From the IMG/VR virus record IMGVR_UViG_2531839450_000015: 44,713 nt of DNA; one strand, 5' to 3'. The stretch is from a virus. Taxonomy: Duplodnaviria; Heunggongvirae; Uroviricota; Caudoviricetes. Of this stretch, positions 12,401 through 20,623 are shown in pieces. The notes beneath the pieces were generated by a model. The model was not told the DNA's origin. It ran no database searches and worked only from the letters and a program-made list of their open reading frames with translations. Within the stretch, counting starts at the first letter, position 1, and the number at the start of each line of letters is the position of its first letter. The position numbers were made by a program, and so were the translations under genes.

Positions 12401-12465
12401 AGCTGCTCTTTAAAATCGGCGGTATCAATGCTTAAATCAATGACAAGGTCAGCAATCTGGTCCAA
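9442..12465 (-). CDS. H: Tail tape measure protein H
   Basis: 1007 aa, strongly coiled-coil and Q/A/R-rich, with a C-terminal NNDGQNGQIGPE motif resembling the lambda H C-terminus. Longer than lambda H (853 aa by recollection). Confidence 0.9.
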   Translation of the reverse strand: MDQIADLVIDLSIDTADFKEQLPRVKNLLNGTAREAERAEARMKRFEESQKQAASATVIQTQAVVKHAQGHVSLAEDVERARLRMEALSRQMREEQVQAAALAAAQDKMAAAFYRQIDSVKQASAGLQELQRIQQQIRQARNSGGIAQQDYLALISEVTAKTRVLTQAEETATRQKTAFIRQLKEQTSRQKMTTTELLRAKAAQLGCSSAAEVYIRKMEKAGNTTHSLGLKSAAARRELGVMIGELARGNFGALRGSGITLANRAGWIDKLMTPKGLAVGGVIGGITAAVIGLGKAWMEGQEEGEAFNRQLELTGHYAGVTAGQLWALSKNLSGNGITQHAMAGSLAQVVGSGAFHGNDIGMVAKAAAQMERSVGQSVSDTISQFKRLKDDPVSAAKALDDELHFLTATQLEQIRVLGEQGRTSDAARIAMSALAEETGKRTSDIDNNLNALGSTLQTLSDWWKQFWDAAMNIGREDSLDAQIASLQEKIQRAKKFPWTKASTTGEYDQQQLDALQERKRQQDLQDAKEQAERNYQEQQKRRNAENAALNRMNETEAARHQREIARINAMQYADQAVRDAAIQRENERYEKAIKKKTPATRNDEATRLLLQYSQQQAQVEGQIAAARQSAGMATERMTEAHKQLLALQQRISDLAGKKLTADEKSVLAHKDELIQALTLLDAKQQELQKQTALNDLKKKTIQLTSQLAEEERAQRQQHDLDVAMAGMGDQQRQRYQSQLRLRQQYQQQLEQLERDSKQKGSYGSDAYRKAEQTLTDSLNRKLNENRRYWQQMDAAQGEWRNGTKRAFMNFTADADNAAGTAEQMFMSAFSSMGNGLATFVTTGKLNFKSFTSSVLSDMAKILAQATMMKAVKGIGSVMGFDFGDVKTNAEGGVYQSADLSRYSGTVVNRPTFFAFAKGAGVMGEAGPEAILPLRRGADGKLGVVAATCGSGMVMFAPQYNIEINNDGQNGQIGPEVMQAVYNLGKRAAEDFMQQQSRDGGQLSGVYR

Positions 12466-12763
12466 ATCTCATTCCTCCCGATATACCTTCCCCCAGATGC
12501 ATCAGCTCTTCATCCGTGCGTTCAGGGATCACCCTGTCATCCGTAACCAGACTGAAATCATCCGCCGGAATACGTTCACCGGACACCATCTGAACCATCA
12601 GCGACTTCAGTGTGGAAATCTGTGCATCCAGCCAGATATCCCCGAAACTCTGCTTCCGGAAGAAATCCCCCCATTCGCCCAGTTCTGACGCTGACATTTC
12701 TGATAACATCCGCCGCCAGTCTGCCCGCCGGAACTCACGGGCAAGCTGCATCACAAACTGCAT
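12449..12763 (-). CDS. T: Tail assembly chaperone, T segment of the G-T frameshift product
   Basis: 104-aa ORF in the -1 frame relative to G, overlapping the G stop. Standard lambdoid G/GT architecture upstream of the tape measure gene. Confidence 0.7.
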   Translation of the reverse strand: MQFVMQLAREFRRADWRRMLSEMSASELGEWGDFFRKQSFGDIWLDAQISTLKSLMVQMVSGERIPADDFSLVTDDRVIPERTDEELMHLGEGISGGMRFGPDC

Positions 12764-12771
12764 CTCCCGCG

Positions 12772-13161
12772 TCAGGACTTTTCCGGTGTCAGGGGAACCT
12801 GTTCACCGTTCTGAACATCACCGGTGGAGACCGGCATACCACTCAGGGATAAAACCAGACTGCCCCCGTCGCCAAGCGCGTCATAAGACCAGGTGTTTTT
12901 TACATCCTCATTCAGCGCATCCACATCCTGTGACGGGTCCGTATTCCACATTGACCGGGAAACCAGCCAGGCATTGATATCCATCCCCATACGCAGAAAT
13001 TCAATCTGACGATCAGCCACCGGCATGGCATCATCCAGGGCGTCAAACTCAGCTGTCCGTTTCTGGACAAACGCCAGATACTCCACCCGCTGAAGTCCGG
13101 ATAATTCTGTCAGTACCACAGACTGATTACCGTAGTTAAATGTGTCCTGTTTCAGAAACAT
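12772..13161 (-). CDS. G: Tail assembly chaperone G
   Basis: Start refined to ATG (cat at 13159..13161) preceded by GGAGG, giving MFLKQDTF as in lambda G (MFLK...). Ends at the GT overlap. Confidence 0.8.
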   Translation of the reverse strand: MFLKQDTFNYGNQSVVLTELSGLQRVEYLAFVQKRTAEFDALDDAMPVADRQIEFLRMGMDINAWLVSRSMWNTDPSQDVDALNEDVKNTWSYDALGDGGSLVLSLSGMPVSTGDVQNGEQVPLTPEKS

Positions 13162-13217
13162 GTCCCCTCCGTAAACAAAAAACCCCGGCATACCGGGGTA
13201 AAAAACAGACTGCCAGG

Positions 13218-13958
13218 TTAATCACCATTAACGGTAATACCGGCCACAGCAACCTGCGCACCACCCGCAGTCATCCCCACAATCGAGGTGCTGCCCGCTT
13301 TCACACCTTTCACCGTGGCCACCATGCCACTCAGCGTAACCGTGGCGATATCAGGAGATGATGACGCCACGCTCACCGTTTTATCAGAAGCATCTTCCGG
13401 TACTGTGCTGAATGTCAGCGTCGTCGTTGCCCCCACTCTGACACTGGCGGAAACCGGCATTACTGTCAGCCCGGTCACCCCCACAATTTCAGTCCCCTCC
13501 TCAGCCAGATACGGACGCCCCACACCGCTGATTTTAACCGTACGGGTCATCACATCTTTTGACGTAATGGTTTTACCCAGCGAACTCAGCCAGCCGCGGA
13601 ACACATCAACGGTACCGTTAGGGTATTTAATGCGGAATGCACGAACTTCACCGGAATCAAACAACTGAATCAGTTTTTTCTGTCCGCTGTCACCCGGACG
13701 CCAGGCCAGCGTCGCGGATGTATCACCAACAGATTTTTGCCCCTGAGTTGTCGTTTTCCAGTCAGCATTTTCATCATCGAGATAATCGTCATCTTCCGCA
13801 TCTGCAGTCATTTCCCCCGGCTGCAGATCCTTCACCATCGCGAGGCGCAGCCAGTCCGTATCTGACAAAGGATTCGCAAATGCGTCGCCCTTGCCGGTAT
13901 ACATCCAGAACGTCGTCCCCGCCCCTTTCATTTTTTCAAGTGGATTCGGTGTCGTCAT
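13218..13958 (-). CDS. V: Major tail protein V with C-terminal Ig-like domain
   Basis: Start refined to ATG at 13958 (MTTPNPLEKMKGAGTT). YLDDENADW and FRGWLSSLGK motifs match lambda V. Confidence 0.9.
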   Translation of the reverse strand: MTTPNPLEKMKGAGTTFWMYTGKGDAFANPLSDTDWLRLAMVKDLQPGEMTADAEDDDYLDDENADWKTTTQGQKSVGDTSATLAWRPGDSGQKKLIQLFDSGEVRAFRIKYPNGTVDVFRGWLSSLGKTITSKDVMTRTVKISGVGRPYLAEEGTEIVGVTGLTVMPVSASVRVGATTTLTFSTVPEDASDKTVSVASSSPDIATVTLSGMVATVKGVKAGSTSIVGMTAGGAQVAVAGITVNGD

Positions 13959-13968
13959 TTCCCACCCC

Positions 13969-14370
13969 TTAATTTGTATATGTGATTTGATACGTGATTT
14001 CCGCCATCGCCCATGTTGCCATATCGTTATCACGCTGATAGTTAAATCCCCGTGGGATCATGGTATCGATAAGGCCGTAAAGCGCCGGAATATCCTCCAG
14101 TGCCGGGTAAATAATGTTGTCCATCCACGTATCCAGATCAGAATCCGGTGCCTGTGCGCGGATAAAGACGGCGACATGCAGAACTGCCAGCCAGTCATCC
14201 TCATCCGTCATTTTTCCGGTGTACTGTGCATCACTCAGCCACACCGCCACGGCAGGCAGCTCCTGCGCATCAATAAAGGCAGGAAGGCCGTCAAACAGGA
14301 CGGTCTTCTCCCCGCACGTCGTTTTCAGGCGCGACAATACGGCCTGACGAATTTGTGTGTGTCGGTTCAT
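13969..14370 (-). CDS. U: Tail terminator protein U
   Basis: 133 aa; AVAVWLSDAQYTG and DIPAL motifs match lambda U. Position between Z and V. Confidence 0.9.
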   Translation of the reverse strand: MNRHTQIRQAVLSRLKTTCGEKTVLFDGLPAFIDAQELPAVAVWLSDAQYTGKMTDEDDWLAVLHVAVFIRAQAPDSDLDTWMDNIIYPALEDIPALYGLIDTMIPRGFNYQRDNDMATWAMAEITYQITYTN

Positions 14371-14957
14371 CGGGTCAGATATAACCTCAGTTGGTGTTTC
14401 AGGGCATACCCCAGCTGTTTCGGCATCTCGTTATCAATGACGCTTTTACGGGCATCCTCAAATGCCTGTGTCAGCGCTCCGGCCAGCGGGATTTTCACAA
14501 CCTCCACAGGTAGACGATTTTTTTTCGGTCTGCCCTGATGGTCGCGCCCTGTTGCGAAACGCGCTTCAGGAAGACGTCTCAGAACATGCCAGCGACCATT
14601 CGCCAGTTGCCGGATAAACGCGCCACGGAAAAAATATTTCCCCACCCTCAGCCCGTCACCGGCACGCCGTCGCGTTGTGTTCAGTTTGATGGCGGGAAGG
14701 TTGCCACGGTTAATGCGGATCCTGGCATACATTTTTCCGGAAGGGCTGGCACTCAGCATCCTGACGCGCCCCCTGACCAGTTTCAGGGGGATCCCCTTCA
14801 TCTGGTTATCACCGGCTACGGTATCGCGGGCAACCTGTCGGGTAGCCTGAGAAATGGCTTTCTGTGCCACACGATTTATTGCCCAGGCGCTGGCCTGTGG
14901 CACCATACGGGTATCAAGGATGTCCAGATTACGGATGGCGTTTTCAAGACCTTTCAT
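14367..14957 (-). CDS. Z: Tail completion protein Z
   Basis: Start refined to ATG at 14957 (MKGLENAIRNLD). C-terminal KELGYALKHQLRLYLTR resembles the lambda Z C-terminus. Confidence 0.85.
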   Translation of the reverse strand: MKGLENAIRNLDILDTRMVPQASAWAINRVAQKAISQATRQVARDTVAGDNQMKGIPLKLVRGRVRMLSASPSGKMYARIRINRGNLPAIKLNTTRRRAGDGLRVGKYFFRGAFIRQLANGRWHVLRRLPEARFATGRDHQGRPKKNRLPVEVVKIPLAGALTQAFEDARKSVIDNEMPKQLGYALKHQLRLYLTR

Positions 14958-15318
14958 AATATCGCCCCGTACTGATATCACCCCGGGAACTGTCACACCG
15001 TTGCAGGCGGATATAACAGCATCCCCCGTCGTCCTGAGTAATGCGATCCACCCGAAAAAGATCCCCACCAACCTCCAGCGTATCCAGACGGCGCAGTCCC
15101 GTAATATCTGCTGTTTTCACAAACAAAGACGGTGAAGAATCTTCAAACCGTACTCCTCCGGCAACGAACGAAATTTTTTCAGGATCATCAAAAACACCCC
15201 TGAGTGTTTTTCCTTCAAGCTGACCGGACGTAATTACCGCCGTAATCCCCATATGACAAAGAATGACCTCGTCAGCCATGGCGACGGCGGCATCAAACGG
15301 ATTATCGAAATCTGCCAC
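14944..15318 (-). CDS. FII: Head-tail joining protein FII
   Basis: N-terminus MADFDNPFDAAVAMADEVI and GVFDDPEKIS match lambda FII. Confidence 0.9.
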   Translation of the reverse strand: MADFDNPFDAAVAMADEVILCHMGITAVITSGQLEGKTLRGVFDDPEKISFVAGGVRFEDSSPSLFVKTADITGLRRLDTLEVGGDLFRVDRITQDDGGCCYIRLQRCDSSRGDISTGRYYERS

Positions 15319-15331
15319 CTTTCCCCCACAT

Positions 15332-15712
15332 TCAACACATTTTCACGAGGCCACTTTCTACCATGCTGGCTGCCACCACGGCAGATACACGAAACACTTC
15401 TCCCGGACGTACAAATGCCACGGGGTTATCCCGTGTGGCGTGGAGTGCATTGACATGTAACATCACCACAGCTTTGACCATGACCATATCCACAGAATTT
15501 CGGTTCTCACTCTCCCCACGTTCGGATCGTGTTTCGTTTTTTTGTTGTGGTTCTTCATCATCCTTATACAGGCCGTCTGAACCATCACTTAATTCTTCTT
15601 CCCACTCCGCCAGACGTTGTTCAAGATCAGCTTTAGAGCCTGAAATATCGGCATCGCGCCCGAGTACTGCCGCCAGCTCCTGAAGACGCGCTGTTATTTC
15701 TTCTTTTGTCAT
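15332..15712 (-). CDS. FI: DNA packaging / head completion protein FI
   Basis: Start refined to ATG at 15712 (MTKEEITARLQEL). C-terminal HVNALHATRDNPVAFVRPGEVFRVSA matches the lambda FI C-terminus. Confidence 0.8.
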   Translation of the reverse strand: MTKEEITARLQELAAVLGRDADISGSKADLEQRLAEWEEELSDGSDGLYKDDEEPQQKNETRSERGESENRNSVDMVMVKAVVMLHVNALHATRDNPVAFVRPGEVFRVSAVVAASMVESGLVKMC

Positions 15713-15762
15713 CACATCTCTCCTGTGCGATAAAGAAAAAGGCGGGAATATCCCGCCTGACC

Positions 15763-16791
15763 TTATTTCACCTGAACTACCACAAACGCGTCCGGATCCG
15801 GCAACACCATCAACGGCGCAGACTGCGTCATGGTATATTCGCACCCCGGGTCCCCCACCTCTAACCAGTGTTTCGGATAACGAATTGCAGAGGTGATCCC
15901 TTCACTCAGCGCCTGGTTATCCTGGATTGCGCCATAACAACGGACACCCTCCACCTGAGTGTTTCCAAGAATCAGTGTGCCTTCCGGCAGATAACGCTGC
16001 TCATCCCCGTTTTCATCAACATACGTTGTTTTCGCCACCATGATGGCCAGATCACCGTAATAACCTTTAAAAGAAACCACGGAACCCAGATCTTTCAGCG
16101 CGGTTTCCAGTTCAGATTTTGAGCCACGGCGGGTATCCAGTTTTTCACGAAACAGCTTAAAACCGTTCAGCATACGCCAGACAGTACCGTCCATAATCGC
16201 AATATTGATGGTACCGGAAGCAAAATCGCAGTACGCATCCAGATCATGCGTCGGATCAAAGGTGTCAGCATTCTGTTTTGACCATTCGCGTCCCCCTGCC
16301 TGCGTAATGTTATTGGCGGCAGAACGACCAAAATCCACTTCCACCGTCTCAAACTGTTCACCGCTCATGGTGTACTTACCCTGCAGAACAGCGCTGACCG
16401 CCTGCATTTCTTCCACCTGCACAATCGCCTGCTCTTCCTGTTTCAGGTTGTCAGTCAGAATACGCAGGCGACGGTAGGCCGGGTCATTAAGACGGGCCGG
16501 ATCTTCCCCCGGAAGACGCTCCACCGCCTGCTGATAATCCAGCCGGTGTTTTGGTTTAACATAGCCGGGGCGTAACACGCGGGTTTCACCACCACGACTG
16601 CGCAGTACCTTACCTGACACAACCGGAGACACATATGCCGCAACCGGTGTTTTTCCGGTGATTTTATCCAGCATCACTTCCTGAGTATGGAAAGTGACCG
16701 TACGACGAAAAAACAGCTCCAGAAACAGCGCACGGAATTTCACTTTCTGCTCGGTGTAGCCGAGCAACTGACGCGTGGTAAATAACCCCAT
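15763..16791 (-). CDS. E: Major capsid protein E
   Basis: Start refined to ATG at 16791, giving a 342-aa protein. PGYVKPKH, EEMQAVSAVL and SAPLMVLPDPD motifs match lambda E. Confidence 0.95.
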   Translation of the reverse strand: MGLFTTRQLLGYTEQKVKFRALFLELFFRRTVTFHTQEVMLDKITGKTPVAAYVSPVVSGKVLRSRGGETRVLRPGYVKPKHRLDYQQAVERLPGEDPARLNDPAYRRLRILTDNLKQEEQAIVQVEEMQAVSAVLQGKYTMSGEQFETVEVDFGRSAANNITQAGGREWSKQNADTFDPTHDLDAYCDFASGTINIAIMDGTVWRMLNGFKLFREKLDTRRGSKSELETALKDLGSVVSFKGYYGDLAIMVAKTTYVDENGDEQRYLPEGTLILGNTQVEGVRCYGAIQDNQALSEGITSAIRYPKHWLEVGDPGCEYTMTQSAPLMVLPDPDAFVVVQVK

Positions 16792-16860
16792 AATTGACTT
16801 TCCTTTAAAAACACAAACGGGCCGCATCACGACCCGTTTTTTCAGTTAATCACTTCACCA

Positions 16861-17196
16861 TCAGGCGTGGCTGATGGCACTTCCCACAAACGCGTTGGCT
16901 TTTTTCACCGCATCCACCGAATCCGGCCAGACCAGCGATTCGGTGGCAAACGTACCGCTTTTGTAGTACGTCAGTGTGGGCTCGGTCCCTGCCAGCGCCA
17001 GTACCAGCACCCCCACAGCCGTTCCGGCTTTCTGACCATCCCATGCCACCAGTTTTCCGCTGGCGTCATCCAGCATCAGTGGCGTCAGTGAAGGCGTGGC
17101 AACACTGATACCACTGGTACCTGTTGCGGTATATACCGGATCGCTTCCGGCAAAAATGCGCCCGTCCGCGCGCTTTTCTGTGGTGGTTTTAATCAT
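16861..17196 (-). CDS. D: Head decoration protein D
   Basis: Start refined to ATG at 17196 with upstream GGAG. TPLMLD..KLVAWDG and YYKSGTF motifs match lambda D. Confidence 0.9.
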   Translation of the reverse strand: MIKTTTEKRADGRIFAGSDPVYTATGTSGISVATPSLTPLMLDDASGKLVAWDGQKAGTAVGVLVLALAGTEPTLTYYKSGTFATESLVWPDSVDAVKKANAFVGSAISHA

Positions 17197-17236
17197 TTTC
17201 TCAGTCTCCTGATTTATCTGAATCACGGATCCCCGC

Positions 17237-18853
17237 TTACGGCATACTCATCAGCAGTTCTTCTTCCCCGTTCCCGGCAGTTCCGCCACCGGAAACGGCA
17301 CTGGCGGCATGCTGTGCCATGAAGCGCTCAAAAAGTGTTACCTGTGACGGTTGCGATACTGATGGCGCAGCTGCCAGCAGCGTTTTCGCCTGCTCCACTG
17401 TCATTCCAGGTTGTTCAGCCAGCGCCTGTGCCAGTTTTTCGCGTCCTTTTGCTTCCGGCAACGCAATAATTTGATCGCCGGTACTTGCCGTACCGGTTGC
17501 CGGTGCCGCTACCAGTAGCATTTTCGCCTGTTTCACCGTCATTCCCGGCTGTTCAGCCAGCGCCTGTGCGAGTTGTTCACGCCCCTTTGCTTCCGGAAGT
17601 GCCATAATCTGCTCGCCGGTACTTGCCGCACCGGAAACCGGTGCCGCTGCCAGTAACGTTTTCGCCTGCTCCACCGTCATACCCGGCTGTTCAGCCAGCG
17701 TCCGTGCCAGTTGTTCACGCCCTTTTGCTTCCGGAAGTGCCATAATCTGATCGCCTGTGCTGTCAGTACCGGCAACCGGTGCTGCCGCCAGTAATGTTTT
17801 TGCCTGCTCAACTGACATTCCCTGCTGACCTGCCAGCATCTGCGCCAGTTTTTCGCGTCCTTTCGCCTCCTGACAATTCAGGATCCCCATCACGCGCTGA
17901 TTTTCCCGGGACACCGCTTCAGCAACGGTGAGATTTTTTGTTGTCATCGTATTCTCCTGTGTAACAGAGTCGTTCAGAGCAGAAACCATTACATCAACGG
18001 CATCTGCAGCATTAATCAGTTGATCAGCCAGGCCTGTATCAATGCCTGCCTGACCGTCATAAACGGTAGCCTCGGTATTCATCACCGCCTCTGAACTCAG
18101 CCCCGTATAAAGCGCCACCTTGTCGACAAACATCCGGCGGGCCTCATCAATACGGCGCTGAAAATCCGCACGCACACCTGTCGGCAACGCCTGAATACTG
18201 TTGCCGTCAACCTTGTGCTGCCCGGAGTAAATCAGCGTGATATCCACGCCTTCCTGTGCCAGTTGTTTCTCGTAACTGGTGTGCGCCATCATCACACCAA
18301 TCGAACCAATTTTTGCCGTCTGCGTGACCAGCCGACGCGTACAGGCCGCCGCCAGCAACATGGCGGCTGAACAGGCCATGTCATTACACAGCGCCCACAC
18401 GGGCTTCTGTTCCCGCAGACGGTAAATCATGTCAGCACAGTCAAACGCCCCGGCAGCCTGACCACCCGGACTGTCGATATCCAGTAAAATGCCGCGTACA
18501 TCCGGGTCGTTCACCGCTGACTTAAGACGGGCAGTCAGACCGTCATAACCGGTCATACCGGAATATGGCCGCAGGGTACCCATTTTATGTACCAGCGTGC
18601 CGCTCACCGGCAGAATGGCAATACCATTTTTCACCTGGTAACTCTTTACCGGACGCGGACCACCAGTCATATAATCGGTAACCGCCAGCTGCATACCATC
18701 GGCATCAAGCTGAACGGCCTGCTGCGGAACGGCAAGGCTGCCCGCCCCCATCTCCTTACCCAGTGCGCAAAAGAAAACCCGCGCATAGGCGGGTTCCAGT
18801 AAAAGCGGCTCATTAAATGCCATCGCGGCAATATGTGATAAATTACAGCGCAT
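17237..18853 (-). CDS. C: Capsid assembly protease C with Nu3-like scaffold domain (S49 family)
   Basis: N-terminus HIAAMAFNEPLLLEPAYARVFF and a peptidase S49-like core (GIAILPVSGTL, DSPGG) match lambda C. C-terminal scaffold part contains four tandem 46-aa repeats. Confidence 0.9.
   Translation of the reverse strand: MRCNLSHIAAMAFNEPLLLEPAYARVFFCALGKEMGAGSLAVPQQAVQLDADGMQLAVTDYMTGGPRPVKSYQVKNGIAILPVSGTLVHKMGTLRPYSGMTGYDGLTARLKSAVNDPDVRGILLDIDSPGGQAAGAFDCADMIYRLREQKPVWALCNDMACSAAMLLAAACTRRLVTQTAKIGSIGVMMAHTSYEKQLAQEGVDITLIYSGQHKVDGNSIQALPTGVRADFQRRIDEARRMFVDKVALYTGLSSEAVMNTEATVYDGQAGIDTGLADQLINAADAVDVMVSALNDSVTQENTMTTKNLTVAEAVSRENQRVMGILNCQEAKGREKLAQMLAGQQGMSVEQAKTLLAAAPVAGTDSTGDQIMALPEAKGREQLARTLAEQPGMTVEQAKTLLAAAPVSGAASTGEQIMALPEAKGREQLAQALAEQPGMTVKQAKMLLVAAPATGTASTGDQIIALPEAKGREKLAQALAEQPGMTVEQAKTLLAAAPSVSQPSQVTLFERFMAQHAASAVSGGGTAGNGEEELLMSMP
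17351..17869 (-). repeat. Tandem repeat of about 138 bp, roughly 3.8 copies, inside the C/Nu3 coding sequence
   Basis: Protein-level repeats EAKGRExLAxxLAxQxGMxVxQAKxLLxAAPxxGxxSTGxQIxALP at residues about 329..501. Near-identical DNA units are visible by eye. Confidence 0.8.
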
Positions 18854-20414
18854 CGCCTTTTTCTCCCGTTGTCTGTCGGATCTGCTGTTGAAACGCGTCC
18901 TTTATCCAGACCGGACGCGGAAGACCGGCAGCCTGTCGCTCCTGAGTTTCCCGTAGCTGCTGGCGGAAAATCTCCTGATAGTCATCCCCCATCAGGGCCA
19001 GCTCTTTCTCGTATGTACTCAGGCCGCCTTCAATGCGCATCACCGCTTCCTGCACTTCCTTAAGGCCATCAATCGCCATACGACCGGCACCAATCCACTC
19101 GGCACGGCACCACCCGGAACGGGCCTCCCAGAATGAGAAACGGGATTTCGGCGGACGGATCACACCACGAATAAGGGCTTCCTCCAGCCAGCAGGCAAAC
19201 ATCTGTGACGCCAGGCGACTGGCCACAAATTTTCGTTTTCCCATAAAATACCGCCACGACTCATTGGCGGATGCCCTGGCACTGGAATAACTGACCTGTG
19301 AATAATCCCGGGAAAGCTGCTCATACGACACACCCAGTCCGGCAGCAATGTAACGTAACAGCGCCTTTTCCAGTTCAGAAAAACCATTATCCGCATTCTG
19401 GGCTGTCTGCAGATTCAGTGAATCTCCCGGGTAAAGATGCGGAATACGGACCCCGCCCAGTTTTACCGTATTGGTGGCGTAATAACGCGCGTAGCCTTTC
19501 ATGATGGTGTTCAGGGGATTTTTACCTCCATCTCCCACCCCGGCGATATATTCAAACGCTTTTTCCGAATCCAGTGTGGATTCAATCGTGGCGGCATACA
19601 TGGCGCGAACCACCGCCGACTGCAGTTGCGTGGCCTGCAGTGTGTCGAGCATCTTGAGACGCTCCATTACAGAATAAAACTGGTTGGCCCCGCGGGTCTG
19701 CCCGTCTTCCTGTGGCTGAAACACATGGATCATTCCCGGTCGTCCGGAAGGCAGTGTTGCCGTAATTCGTGTCCATTTACTGACACCGTAGCCGGGCCAG
19801 TCATCATCCTGAACATGGTAGGCCAGCGCTTTTCCGTGTCGGTTTATTTCCACCCCGGCACGCATAAAACGATCGCCGGTACCATAACCGGGTGTACTGA
19901 CACGCTTCGGGCTGATGGTTTTGAATTTCGTCCGGAATAATGACGTGGATTCCGCATCCCATACGGGCTGGACAAAAATTTCACCGTTAAACGTATGGAC
20001 CCCCACCCCTTCACGAATGAATTCGGTAAACGAACGACGCCCTTCCACATCCATCGTACCAAACACCGGATCGCAGTATTCCATCCACGCCGCCTCAACA
20101 TCTTCAATAAAAGCATGTGAATCTGCTTCCGACATCCCCAGCCAGCGCCAGTTGGGACGGTAGCTCAGACGAAACATGTGCCCGACAATATGATCCTTAT
20201 GAATTTCCACTGCATTCGATGCAATACCGTTGTTACGGACCAGCTCATCCGCGCGGGCGTTACCCAGATGAATGGAAGGTAAGAGCGCTACGTCGGCACT
20301 TTCCGGTGCAGGCAGCCATTCTGCCATTTGCCCACCGAACCCGGAACCACCACCAGAATATCCCATGCTTTGCCGTAAAGGCTGCCCATGAATATCCACC
20401 AGTTCCCCGTTCAC
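18843..20414 (-). CDS. B: Portal protein B
   Basis: 523 aa; YSGGGSGFGG, FVQPVWD, EDGQTRGAN and LGVSYEQLSRDY motifs match lambda B. Confidence 0.95.
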   Translation of the reverse strand: MNGELVDIHGQPLRQSMGYSGGGSGFGGQMAEWLPAPESADVALLPSIHLGNARADELVRNNGIASNAVEIHKDHIVGHMFRLSYRPNWRWLGMSEADSHAFIEDVEAAWMEYCDPVFGTMDVEGRRSFTEFIREGVGVHTFNGEIFVQPVWDAESTSLFRTKFKTISPKRVSTPGYGTGDRFMRAGVEINRHGKALAYHVQDDDWPGYGVSKWTRITATLPSGRPGMIHVFQPQEDGQTRGANQFYSVMERLKMLDTLQATQLQSAVVRAMYAATIESTLDSEKAFEYIAGVGDGGKNPLNTIMKGYARYYATNTVKLGGVRIPHLYPGDSLNLQTAQNADNGFSELEKALLRYIAAGLGVSYEQLSRDYSQVSYSSARASANESWRYFMGKRKFVASRLASQMFACWLEEALIRGVIRPPKSRFSFWEARSGWCRAEWIGAGRMAIDGLKEVQEAVMRIEGGLSTYEKELALMGDDYQEIFRQQLRETQERQAAGLPRPVWIKDAFQQQIRQTTGEKGDAL

Positions 20415-20623
20415 AGCCCCACTCCTGCCGGGCCACGACGCCGTCCGGATACACCCAGCGCACTTTCCAGCTCTTCAATATACTGACGCAGTTCACCAAT
20501 TGTCGCCCGCGAATACTGAACCTGACGCCCGTCCTTGCTGACGGAAACCACAGCACGTCCGATCATCAGTTCATGTAACGCCCGGCGGGCATCGCATAGC
20601 ATTTCATGCGTATAAATCATCAC
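20411..20623 (-). CDS. W: Head-tail connector protein W
   Basis: 70 aa; ARRALHELMIGR..VSKDGR...RRRGPAG matches lambda W. Confidence 0.85.
   Translation of the reverse strand: MMIYTHEMLCDARRALHELMIGRAVVSVSKDGRQVQYSRATIGELRQYIEELESALGVSGRRRGPAGVGL

Noticed and set aside
17351-17869. 138-bp tandem repeat considered as a CRISPR or satellite element
   Set aside because: It is in-frame coding sequence of the C/Nu3 scaffold domain; the units are protein module duplications.
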